Source: an uncultured archaeon (GTDB lineage Archaea > Asgardarchaeota > Thorarchaeia > Thorarchaeales > Thorarchaeaceae). Taken from it: a stretch of DNA of 44,051 bases. The stretch covers positions 1-44,051 of the forward strand of contig CAZLEV010000021.1 of assembly GCA_964558645.1 (NCBI GenBank), given 5' to 3'. Made by a program: the position numbers and the translations under genes. The notes under the pieces were generated by a model. That model worked only from the letters and a program-made list of their open reading frames with translations. It did no database searches and had not been told where the DNA came from. Shown here piece after piece: positions 35,588 through 44,051 of the stretch (its first letter is position 1; each line of letters starts with the position of its first letter).

Positions 35588-37840
35588 ATGACGCGAGAGT
35601 ACATCCGTACGGGAATTGGCTTAGTCATTATGCTGTTTGGAGTATTCTTCTTCATGATCAGTGGCCCGCCCTGGGATACTCCACGAGCCTCTACTATCCT
35701 CTATTCCGTTCTTGCTTTTCTAGCCGTAGCAATAGCCGCCAGTGCGGCCAATAGAATCCGAATCAACCCATCGTGTGCCAACAAGATGTTCGCAGCTGGA
35801 ACAACCTATGCAGCGGTGGTCTTTGGTGGGGCTTCAGTCTTCTATATCCTCAGCAACGAGTCAGTAGCTGTTCAAACTCGAACCGCAGGGGTGGCGCTGA
35901 ACCTGGTTGCTTTGGCCACAACCAGTGTCTACATGCTCATCTTCATCCAGCTTAGAAATGCGAAACACGATGGTAACTCTGTATGGAATAGAACAATGAC
36001 CTATCCCCTAGCAGTCATTCTTGGTTTGGTCGCGTTTGGGGTCGCGATGGTGATTTCGAGAGCTGGTTGGGACAAGTCATCTTACCTGATCATTGGGTAC
36101 GTCATGGGAGCAATTGCCCTGTTTTCATATGGAGGCGCAGCAGTTGCGGCACTACTCAGAAAGCACCAGATACAGGATCATGATAGCTTTCGGTTAGGAC
36201 TGTCCTTCACTTTTTTGATGGCCGCGGCGGGTGTTGACATCTATGTTTTGCCCTCACCAAGTTCAGTTTGGCTGTGGTCAATAGCCTTCATGGGGATGGC
36301 CTTCATTCTTGCTTTAGTTGCAACCGCCTATCCCTACCTCAAGGATATAGGAATTCGAGAAGAGGTGGCATACGGGACCAGCATTTTGATCAGTGTGATA
36401 GTCATTGTGCCGTTTCTTCTCACAGCGTTTGTTGAAGCATATTTCCCCTTTGACATCATCATTGATTACGGTACGACAATAGTAATTCATGCCGGAGGCG
36501 CTGTGTTAGCTGGTTTACTGTCCTATGTGCTTTTTAGGAGGGCCAGGTTCAAGACACAGCCGCATCATCAATCAATCATCCTGCTCTTTGAGGTCTGGGC
36601 AGTAGCGGAGGTGGCGCTAGTTATAACATACCTTGCACCACTTCTTGGAAGTGAAGTGGCAGCACTGGTTCCCTTTATAGCAGGCGTTGCGGCCACATTG
36701 GTGCTTCTCACTCTTGCATTCCGGACCACTCTCCGCCCTCCGCAGAAGACAAACTACCCAACTGCAAAATACCATTTGTCTGCCATCTTAGTCTTCATCC
36801 TTATAATCGCAGCATTTGGAGCGGCAAGGGTGTCCCTCTCTCCTGTATTTCCGCTCATGCTGAATCGCTCCGTAGACATGAGTATCCTTCTCATTCTGAG
36901 TTATTTCGCCCTCGCTGCTCTGATTACCTTCATCATGATACTGATGGCATCATCAGGTGGCGACTTTGCTCTCGCCGGAGTTTCGTCTCTCTTCGTGACA
37001 GTCTGGCTTGTAGTTTCCATCCTGAAAGCCAACTTCTCCATGTGGACAATGGGATGGTGGGCAGCAGACATCCTTCTTGCCATCTTTATAGCAGCCTTTA
37101 CGGTCATCATGATAAGATTCTATATACAAGAAGCTGAGAAGAATGTCGAGTTTGAGAGAAGAACTGATGTCTATTCAGAACATGTTTTGTCACGAATCAT
37201 CAGACATCATCAAACGGCCATGGACAGTCTCGAGATGCTGAGCAGGAAACCTGATGTTAGTGAGAAGACACTTGAAACGGTTTCAAGAGCTCTCACTGAG
37301 TTATCTTCAGCCGATGAAATGACAAAGAGCTTGGGAGCTATACTGAGTGCAGACAGGTTTCCACCGGACACGCTTGAGCATCTTGACCTGGTCAAGAGCA
37401 TCCTTGTCGCCTATGACCGCCTGAAGGTGCAACATCCTGAGGTTCCTTTAGATATTGTTGTGAACAAGAAAACTGGCGAGTGTGCGGTTCTCGCAAACTC
37501 TCTGCTGGTGGACATGTTCTACAATCTGATGCTTGGAATAGCTGCTCGAATAGGTGGAGTTCAGTCGATAGGTGTTCAGATTGAGGGAACCGATGAGGAG
37601 TGTAGCGGATTCGAAATCCATTTGCATGTTGATATTTCAACGAAAGAACCAGATCTACGGCGACAACTGCTTTTCAGGTACCTCCAAGGCCAAGAGCAAT
37701 CAGCCATTGAGTTCGTCTATGCCAGACGCCTCCTTGAGCTGTTTGAAGGTGACATAGAGAGCCATGTCATAACAGACAAGCCTGAACATATTACCGTGGC
37801 TCTTAGTCTGTATCTTCCAGGTAGGTACGAGGAAGCGTGA
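35588..37840 (+). CDS. Multi-TM protein with degenerate histidine-kinase-like C-terminus
   Basis: About 15 TM helices, then HisKA/HATPase-like spacing (DLVKSI..VLANSLLVDMFYNLM..ARRLLELFEGDI) lacking the catalytic motifs. Confidence 0.75.
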   Translation: MTREYIRTGIGLVIMLFGVFFFMISGPPWDTPRASTILYSVLAFLAVAIAASAANRIRINPSCANKMFAAGTTYAAVVFGGASVFYILSNESVAVQTRTAGVALNLVALATTSVYMLIFIQLRNAKHDGNSVWNRTMTYPLAVILGLVAFGVAMVISRAGWDKSSYLIIGYVMGAIALFSYGGAAVAALLRKHQIQDHDSFRLGLSFTFLMAAAGVDIYVLPSPSSVWLWSIAFMGMAFILALVATAYPYLKDIGIREEVAYGTSILISVIVIVPFLLTAFVEAYFPFDIIIDYGTTIVIHAGGAVLAGLLSYVLFRRARFKTQPHHQSIILLFEVWAVAEVALVITYLAPLLGSEVAALVPFIAGVAATLVLLTLAFRTTLRPPQKTNYPTAKYHLSAILVFILIIAAFGAARVSLSPVFPLMLNRSVDMSILLILSYFALAALITFIMILMASSGGDFALAGVSSLFVTVWLVVSILKANFSMWTMGWWAADILLAIFIAAFTVIMIRFYIQEAEKNVEFERRTDVYSEHVLSRIIRHHQTAMDSLEMLSRKPDVSEKTLETVSRALTELSSADEMTKSLGAILSADRFPPDTLEHLDLVKSILVAYDRLKVQHPEVPLDIVVNKKTGECAVLANSLLVDMFYNLMLGIAARIGGVQSIGVQIEGTDEECSGFEIHLHVDISTKEPDLRRQLLFRYLQGQEQSAIEFVYARRLLELFEGDIESHVITDKPEHITVALSLYLPGRYEEA

Positions 37841-38150
37841 AAGGGGAGACCCTGGAGGAGTCTGGGTATCTCCTTTTAGCTTCGAACGGACTCGACTAGG
37901 TGCCACGGTTCTTATTGACCAATCACACAACCGCAATGGCGCCTGCAAGGCTATCTGCTCCTGCCGCTATGCAGATAGCGCGGCCGAACGCGAACTCGGC
38001 CTAGGTTTCAATCACAATTATGGTTGTGCCGAGGACAGTGTTCGACATCACCACATACTACGATTGGAGTCCAGTAGGTGGGGTTAGATTTGAGGGCGGA
38101 CAGAACATGAAACGCGGTTTCATCCGCTTTGAGAGGTGCCCAGTTCTGCA
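37840..38150 (+). ncRNA. Candidate structured RNA of unknown family
   Basis: At least 7 stems, a long-range closing helix and a possible pseudoknot in a 393-nt gap between convergent genes. The wobble pairs read as G-U on the + strand. Confidence 0.5.
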
Positions 38151-38233
38151 CGTGCTCAGTGATGTTAATGCAGTTGTCTACAGTGATGTTTCCGCTCGTT
38201 GAGTACTCTTTGATATGGCGAGATAGAAGATGA

Positions 38234-39346
38234 CTAAAGGAACTGCACAAGAGTACATTGCTTGTCATCTTTTGTAAGATTGGAAATCGTCACACCGAGT
38301 TGTCTGACCATTCGTCTTTGGTCGAGATGTTTTTCTAAGAGTCGAAGCGCCGTGTCAGTCAACATTTCAGTGCTGTTTGTAGCAATTGGCAGGCTCCTGC
38401 TCCGTTGGATAGTTTCGAAATCATCATATCGGAGGGTCAGACCTACTGTCTTGTAGCTGTAGCCTTTCAGGGTCAGTTTCTCAGTAATCCGATCACAAAT
38501 CATCTGGAGTGAGTCCGTAAGAAAGTCTCGTGCATCTGGATCGATGTCCTCCATGAATGTACGTCGTTTGCTGATTGACTTTCTCGCACGTGGGCCACTA
38601 TCTAGTAACGGTCTGTCATCAATGCCGAGGGCACGATTACGTAGCCAGACAGAGGATTTACCCATTATTGGCCAGAGTTCTGCCAAAGTCATCTGCTGAA
38701 TCTGCCACAGGTACTCAATTCCCTGGGCTCTAAGTCGCTCCCCTGTCTTCTTACCAACTCCGTGCAGTTCCTCAACACCGAGGGGTGCCAGGAACTCAGC
38801 TGCCTCCTCGGCACTCTGAGGAACAAGCGTTATGCCCATCGGCTTGTTCTGTGATGTAGCAACCTTGGCCAGTGAGATATTGGAAGCAACCCCGATTGAA
38901 CAAGGAAGCTGTGTTTCATCTTTCACACTTCTCTGAACCGTCCGAGCCAGAGCATAGGCTTCTGACTGTCCCTGTACGCACTCAGTGACCTCAATATATG
39001 CTTCATCAATGCTGGCACGACGGACTCGGCCCCCGTCTGCGTACTCTTCAAGTACGTCCATGAACTCCTCTGAGGCTTCGAGATAATCTGAGAACTGGCC
39101 CGGGATGAATATTGCGTCAGGACAGAGGCGATATGCCTTTGACACGGGCATTCCAGTATACACACCATAGTCACGGGCCTCGTAAGAAACTGCTCGAACG
39201 ACACCTCGGCCATGTCCTCCTTTTGGGTCGTGGCCCACACAGACTGGAAACCCGATCAGCTCCAGGTGATTCCTGAATTGCTCTACCGAAGCGAAGAATG
39301 CATCTAGGTCAACATGGAATATCCACCTGTCCATGGACTCAACCAT
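38234..39346 (-). CDS. dinB: DNA polymerase IV (Y-family, DinB/Dbh)
   Basis: FHVDLDAFFASVE, SYEAR, SIDEAY, KPMG, GVGKKT. C-terminal PIP box QCTLVQFL. Confidence 0.95.
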   Translation of the reverse strand: MVESMDRWIFHVDLDAFFASVEQFRNHLELIGFPVCVGHDPKGGHGRGVVRAVSYEARDYGVYTGMPVSKAYRLCPDAIFIPGQFSDYLEASEEFMDVLEEYADGGRVRRASIDEAYIEVTECVQGQSEAYALARTVQRSVKDETQLPCSIGVASNISLAKVATSQNKPMGITLVPQSAEEAAEFLAPLGVEELHGVGKKTGERLRAQGIEYLWQIQQMTLAELWPIMGKSSVWLRNRALGIDDRPLLDSGPRARKSISKRRTFMEDIDPDARDFLTDSLQMICDRITEKLTLKGYSYKTVGLTLRYDDFETIQRSRSLPIATNSTEMLTDTALRLLEKHLDQRRMVRQLGVTISNLTKDDKQCTLVQFL

Positions 39347-39571
39347 CTGTTCTTCCCATCTCTTTTGAATGATGGTTTCGGTGATGAGAGGTACTATCAA
39401 ACACATGGATGAGGTGCAGAGAGGTACCCGAATCTAATTATGTCTGTTCACTCGGAAGACTGAAGCCAACCCAACTGGCTACGAAACCTCTATATTCAGA
39501 GTAGCATCTTGCACAGTAGGGAGTTTGTCTTTCAGCAAACAAAATCGGTCCCGGTCAGAGTCCAATGGTAG

Positions 39572-41440
39572 GTGAATCTCCTGACAAAGGATGTCCCCGA
39601 AGAAGCCCTGGAAAGTTTGCAAGAGGGTATCATCGTCTTAGATAGCGAAGGAACCATCATCCTCGTGAACAGAAGCATTGAGAAACTGACCGGGGTTGAA
39701 CGGAACAATCTGGATGGTCATTCGGTCGATGAAGTCAAGAACCCGTTGATTAGGGCATTAATCCCCCACGTGAAGCAAGCACAGCGCGGATTCAATCGTG
39801 TGCTTGTGGATTGTGAACGAGTCGTGTTCGACGACGGTGATGCTCAATACTTCTCTTTCTCAGTGGATCCGATGAAGAGAAACGATTCTAACAAAGTGGT
39901 GGTCACCATCAGAAACGTGACCCCAGAGAAACTAGCAAACGATTCCATGCGACATTCTTTGGATCGTCTCCAGAAGTTCTGCAATGGATTTCATCTGCTT
40001 TTACTCGATGCCTTTAATCAAAGGATAGACCTGCAAAATGTACTGCAGAGGATGCTAGAGTACATCATCAGGAGTCTGGACTATTATGCTGGATTCCTTC
40101 TCTTACGTGCCGGAGAAGACGAAGAACCGCAACTGTCCGTAATCCAAGATGCTTCTTCGCAACTAGTTCAGGGAGGTAATCCCGACGAATTGCTGTCTGT
40201 ATTGATGACCCTTTGGAATGACTCTGAAGGTGCACATATGCACCTTGACGAGGATGATTTCGAGTTACTATCTCTGATTCCCGATAAAGCCTCCAAAAGG
40301 AAGTACGGAAAGGGAGTTCTATTTGCTGTCCAAGGTGATGCAGGGGTTATTGGTTTCTTGCTAGTTGTGGACAGATCTGAGAAAGCACGCCATCCTGTTG
40401 AGTTTGAGCTCATCGAAATGACAGCTTCTGCAACGACAGGCGTGATTCATGCCAGCAGAAGAAACGATCTATTCATCAAAACGTTTAATGCCGTTCCAGA
40501 ACCCTCTTTTCTGTGGCGTAGGTGTGACGGCCAGATGGTGCTGAGAGGGGTCAACATGACAGCACTCATCTCCACGGGTGGTAGACTGGAACGATATCTG
40601 GACAAGCCAATTTGTGATATCTTCCCAGGTATGCCCGAAATAGAGAACGCACTAAGAGAAACCATCCAGACAGGCACGGTTGTACGAGGAGAGATGTCAC
40701 ATCAGTCAGAGGACTTGGGTCTGAATGGACGATTCATCTGGCAGTTTGCTCGACCCATGGAAGATACGGCTCTTATGATTCTGACAGATATTACGAATCT
40801 GCGTCGAGCTGAATCACAGATACGACGCCAAAGAGAGGAACTCAGCACAATTGGACATGACATGGCACATGACCTTCGCAATGTCTTGCACAATATGGAG
40901 GGTTATACACAGCTATTAACCCACGACTACAATCTCGACTATGTTGAAGGAATATCCCGGTTGATTAGTAAGATCAGCTCATTGCTCGAAGAATGGAAGC
41001 AATTGGCCGACGCGGGCTTAGCAATCGGAAACACAGAAACATGCTCTCTAACTGAAGTGGTCAGATCTGCAGCCAGGCTGGTGCTCCCCGATAATGTAGA
41101 ACTTGTAGTTGGATCGCTTCCTGAAGTGAAGTGTGACCCAGACAAGGTGCAGCAGGTCGTGATGAACATCGTTTCGAATGCTGTAGAGCACGGACATGCA
41201 AGCAGAATCGAAATCGCCTCGCAGTCGGTAAGCGATTCATGGGACATCTTGTTCAAAAACGACGGTCGTTCCATCCCTGCAGAGCACAGAAAGCGGATTC
41301 TATCGCGCCAGTTCTCGACAAAAAAGGGTGGAGGTCGAGGGATGAACATTGTGAAGAAAATCGTAGAGGCTCACGGTTGGTCAATCATCTTGTTGGATGA
41401 TGATGAAACCGTCTTCCGCGTCAGGATTCCTTTTGAATGA
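39572..41440 (+). CDS. PAS-GAF-PAS sensor histidine kinase
   Basis: PAS (LQEGIIVLD..VNRS), GAF-like middle, H-box MAHDLRN, NIVSNAVEHG, NDGRSI, GGRGM. Confidence 0.9.
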   Translation: MNLLTKDVPEEALESLQEGIIVLDSEGTIILVNRSIEKLTGVERNNLDGHSVDEVKNPLIRALIPHVKQAQRGFNRVLVDCERVVFDDGDAQYFSFSVDPMKRNDSNKVVVTIRNVTPEKLANDSMRHSLDRLQKFCNGFHLLLLDAFNQRIDLQNVLQRMLEYIIRSLDYYAGFLLLRAGEDEEPQLSVIQDASSQLVQGGNPDELLSVLMTLWNDSEGAHMHLDEDDFELLSLIPDKASKRKYGKGVLFAVQGDAGVIGFLLVVDRSEKARHPVEFELIEMTASATTGVIHASRRNDLFIKTFNAVPEPSFLWRRCDGQMVLRGVNMTALISTGGRLERYLDKPICDIFPGMPEIENALRETIQTGTVVRGEMSHQSEDLGLNGRFIWQFARPMEDTALMILTDITNLRRAESQIRRQREELSTIGHDMAHDLRNVLHNMEGYTQLLTHDYNLDYVEGISRLISKISSLLEEWKQLADAGLAIGNTETCSLTEVVRSAARLVLPDNVELVVGSLPEVKCDPDKVQQVVMNIVSNAVEHGHASRIEIASQSVSDSWDILFKNDGRSIPAEHRKRILSRQFSTKKGGGRGMNIVKKIVEAHGWSIILLDDDETVFRVRIPFE

Positions 41441-41568
41441 GCATTACTGTAGACCCGGATGCTGGAACCTGATTAGCCGCTCGCCGACCCACAACCCAAC
41501 AACAATTAATACTGGCCGAAGAATAGGAATCGTCTTGGGACCGATAAGACTCTGTTGCGGGTGCAGAT

Positions 41569-44051
41569 ATGACCAACCTTGATTCAAAAGATGAAAGCAC
41601 ATCCCTAGCCGCTGATGCTCGCAAATATAGAGCGCTTGTTGAGTCAATGAATGAGGGTTTCGGTGTCATCAATAAAAATCTGCAGTTCACGTTTGTCAAC
41701 AAGCCATTTGCTTCAATGCTGGGAATGGATCAGGATGAGATAATCGGCAAGGATATGGGCTCGTTTCTCAGCGAGGATAACCGTGAATACTGGGCAGAAC
41801 GTCTGAAGGAGCGTTTCGACGGAGAATCTTCCATGTACGAGCTTTGCTGGACTCGAGCGGACGGCTCAGAACTTGTCACGATAATATCTGGAGCACCTCT
41901 GAGAGATGAATATGGGGAAGTCATCGGTGCCTGCGCTGTAATCAGAGATGTAACTCAAGAGCGAGCGATGCAACAGGCTCTTGAAGAGAGTAGGGCGCGT
42001 TTTAGTAGAGTTGTGGAGTCACTTCCAGCTGGAGTGGTTCTGATCGGGCTTGACGGACGAATAACAACTGCCAACCAGCACGCTGTTGAGATGCATGGAT
42101 TTGATGGTAAAGATGAACTGCTTGGAAAGAGAATAGTCGACTTGGTTGCTGAAGATTGCCTTGATGAGGCCGAAAGACACATTGAGCAGGCATTGAGAGA
42201 GGGACAGTATCGAGGCGTCGAATATGTACTGTTACGGAAAGATGGCAGTAGCTTTCGGGCTCTTGTGGACGCTACAATGATGTATGATACTGATGGCAAT
42301 CCACAGCATCTGATAGGAATTGCTCGAAACATAGAGGCATTGAGAAGAGCGGAAGCTGCCACGGAGAGGAGTGAACTGACGTTTCGCAGGACGTTTGAAG
42401 CCATCCCGGGGCCAGCATTCATGTGGGAAGAGCAGGCAAACAAAGACATAGTACTCACCATGGTTAACAGCGCAATACTTGACAAAACGCATGGCCGAGT
42501 TGAGGAGTATGTCGGCAAATCAATCGACGATATCTTCGACGAATCTCCGGAAATCCGGAGAGCAGTGAGAGAAACAATGTCCACCGGTGAGAGAGTTTCT
42601 TTCGAGATGTCCTTTTCACTTCATCCGGGACCCCACGGCTGGTTTCTGTTTGATTTCGTCCGCCTTATTGACACTGTTGTTCTGATGATTACCACTGATC
42701 TTACAGAGAGGAAACGGGCAGAGGAGCTTGTTAAGCATAACGCGGCCCTCTTCAGAGCTACTGTTGAATCCACAATAGATGGTGTCATGGTTGTTTCTAC
42801 TACAGGCGAAATAATCCACTGCAACCGCAGGTTCACAACCATGATGAAGTTTGACAGCGAAGACCTGGCAGGTGACGCTACTAGCATCAATAGGCGTATC
42901 GCGGAGCAATTAGAGAACCCCTCCTTCTACAGCGCACGAACCGACAGAATCGAACGTTCTGATGATGATAGTTTCGATATATTGTTCTTCAAGGACGGAC
43001 GTGTGTTTGAGAGAACGTCTAGCCCGCTAATCATCGATGAGGAGAAGACGGGACGCGTCTGGAATTATCGTGACGTGACTGAGCATGAGCAGATTGAAGA
43101 TGCATTAAAGGAGTCAGAAACCAAGTATAGACAGCTGGTTGAACAGAGTTTTCAAGGGATCATCGTGGTTCGTACCGATCCTCTACGAATAACATTTGCA
43201 AACAAGGTAATGGCGGATATGATTGGTCTATCCGTGCAAGAAGTATTGGATCTTAAGCCGGATGAAATACGTAACATGGTCCATGAAGAAGACATGCGTA
43301 CAGCCACAATTCGAATGAATGCGCTGATGTCCGGAGCAAAGCCAAAGACCGACCCTCTGGTGCTAAGGGTAAGTCGATCCGATGGAGAGATTCGTCTTCT
43401 TGAGGCCTTTGCACGGAGCGTGGAGTATGAAGGCATTCCATGCATTCAAGTGGTTTTCACAGACGTGACAGAAAGAACCATGTCGAAGAAGCAAATCCAA
43501 TCCGAAAAAGACCGTGCGATGCTATACTTGGATCTTCTGTCGCACGACTTCAGAAACATGCTACAGGTTGTAATAGGAAGCGTTGCATTGCTTGAAGAGA
43601 GGAATACTGATCCTCTGTCAAGGTCGGCAATTCGGAATATAGTCGAATCTGTAGAAAGGTGTCAAAGCCTAATCTCGAAGGTTGGGACAACTGCGACCCT
43701 TACTCCGGGTAGGCTTGAGCCGATAAGAGTCTATGATGTCATTGCAGACACAGTGAACCGACTGAGGACCCTCAATGATGATTGTGAATTCCGGTTTATA
43801 GCAGAAGACGAAGCAGCAATCGTGATGGCCGATGAATCCATTCACCACCTTTTCAACAATTTGCTCGAGAATGCCATTCAGCATAATGACAAGGCGAAAA
43901 AACGCATCTGGGTTGCTCTATGGAGAGGAAACGCGGGCTACTGGATTCACATCTCTGATAACGGACCGGGTATAGCCGATCGTGCCAAAGAGGGTCTGTT
44001 TGACATATCTCGCAGGTCTGGTGGCGTCGGACTGCACCAATGCAAACAAAT
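41569..44051 (+). CDS. Multi-PAS (about 5) sensor histidine kinase, truncated at the window end
   Basis: Not in the ORF track because it has no stop in the window. ATG at 41569 follows GGTG. PAS repeats (ESMNEGFGVI.., ESLPAGVVLI.., ESTIDGVMVV.., EQSFQGIIVV), H-box LLSHDFRN, NLLENAIQH, DNGPGI, GGVGL. Confidence 0.9.
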   Translation, partial: MTNLDSKDESTSLAADARKYRALVESMNEGFGVINKNLQFTFVNKPFASMLGMDQDEIIGKDMGSFLSEDNREYWAERLKERFDGESSMYELCWTRADGSELVTIISGAPLRDEYGEVIGACAVIRDVTQERAMQQALEESRARFSRVVESLPAGVVLIGLDGRITTANQHAVEMHGFDGKDELLGKRIVDLVAEDCLDEAERHIEQALREGQYRGVEYVLLRKDGSSFRALVDATMMYDTDGNPQHLIGIARNIEALRRAEAATERSELTFRRTFEAIPGPAFMWEEQANKDIVLTMVNSAILDKTHGRVEEYVGKSIDDIFDESPEIRRAVRETMSTGERVSFEMSFSLHPGPHGWFLFDFVRLIDTVVLMITTDLTERKRAEELVKHNAALFRATVESTIDGVMVVSTTGEIIHCNRRFTTMMKFDSEDLAGDATSINRRIAEQLENPSFYSARTDRIERSDDDSFDILFFKDGRVFERTSSPLIIDEEKTGRVWNYRDVTEHEQIEDALKESETKYRQLVEQSFQGIIVVRTDPLRITFANKVMADMIGLSVQEVLDLKPDEIRNMVHEEDMRTATIRMNALMSGAKPKTDPLVLRVSRSDGEIRLLEAFARSVEYEGIPCIQVVFTDVTERTMSKKQIQSEKDRAMLYLDLLSHDFRNMLQVVIGSVALLEERNTDPLSRSAIRNIVESVERCQSLISKVGTTATLTPGRLEPIRVYDVIADTVNRLRTLNDDCEFRFIAEDEAAIVMADESIHHLFNNLLENAIQHNDKAKKRIWVALWRGNAGYWIHISDNGPGIADRAKEGLFDISRRSGGVGLHQCKQ

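Noticed and set aside
37838-37879. Selenocysteine readthrough of the UGA followed by a hairpin
   Set aside because: Would add only ~13 residues with no redox motif, and no AUGA/AA/GA SECIS core is evident. A terminator or RNA-domain role is simpler.
38093-38150. HDV-like or hammerhead ribozyme
   Set aside because: Helix order resembles HDV, but the L3 pyrimidines, GG for P1.1 and the J4/2 catalytic C-x-A context are missing. The minus strand has CUGGGCA rather than CUGAnGA.
38020-38202. 60-aa ORF in the intergenic gap
   Set aside because: No RBS or recognisable motif; it overlaps stems better explained as RNA structure.
38158-38202. Box C/D sRNA suggested by repeated CAGTGATGTT
   Set aside because: C boxes are imperfect and canonical CTGA D boxes are absent.
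37840-38233. RNase P RNA, SRP RNA or tRNA as the identity of the structured region
   Set aside because: No GAGGAAnnUCC / ACAnAAnnnGGCU P4 motifs, no SRP helix-8 CAGG-GNRA-AGCA, and no tRNA D/T-loop consensus in the right arrangement on either strand.
41437-41472. ATGA-coupled start for the last kinase
   Set aside because: That frame stops after 11 codons; the kinase ORF starts at ATG 41569.
41421-43884. Series of minus-strand ORFs here and similar shadow ORFs elsewhere in the window
   Set aside because: Antisense or alternate-frame shadows of well-supported genes, with no motifs.

Overview
Gene-dense archaeal chromosomal segment. The gene families (NosD-repeat surface protein ending NFWDDG..GNEWSDY, 'DLSPL'-type LRR proteins, multi-PAS histidine kinases, CofE, DinB with a PIP box), TATA/BRE promoters and GGTG/GGAG ribosome-binding sites suggest an Asgard archaeon, probably Thorarchaeia (inference; no marker gene is present). 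In order, the window holds: a vapBC pair; a MoxR AAA+/VWA pair; a D-cysteine desulfhydrase-family enzyme; two Zn-ribbon/B-box membrane proteins with a divergent unannotated Cys-rich tail-anchored peptide; adenine deaminase; an unannotated 36-aa C2H2 zinc-finger protein; cofE; a NosD surface protein; two LRR proteins; bPH and YbjN genes divergent from a PadR-HAAS pair with a clear operator; a DNRLRE surface protein; TusA and DsrE sulfur carriers beside a PAS histidine kinase-thioredoxin fusion; ArsR-ZntA; an ABC exporter; sfsA; a multi-TM pseudo-histidine kinase followed by a ~310-nt highly structured intergenic region (candidate ncRNA); dinB; and two PAS histidine kinases, the last truncated by the window edge. 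I saw no rRNA, tRNA, CRISPR array or transposase. The best candidates for something undescribed are the structured RNA, the B-box/Cys-peptide membrane module and the kinase-thioredoxin/sulfur-carrier cluster. All calls were made by eye, without database searches.
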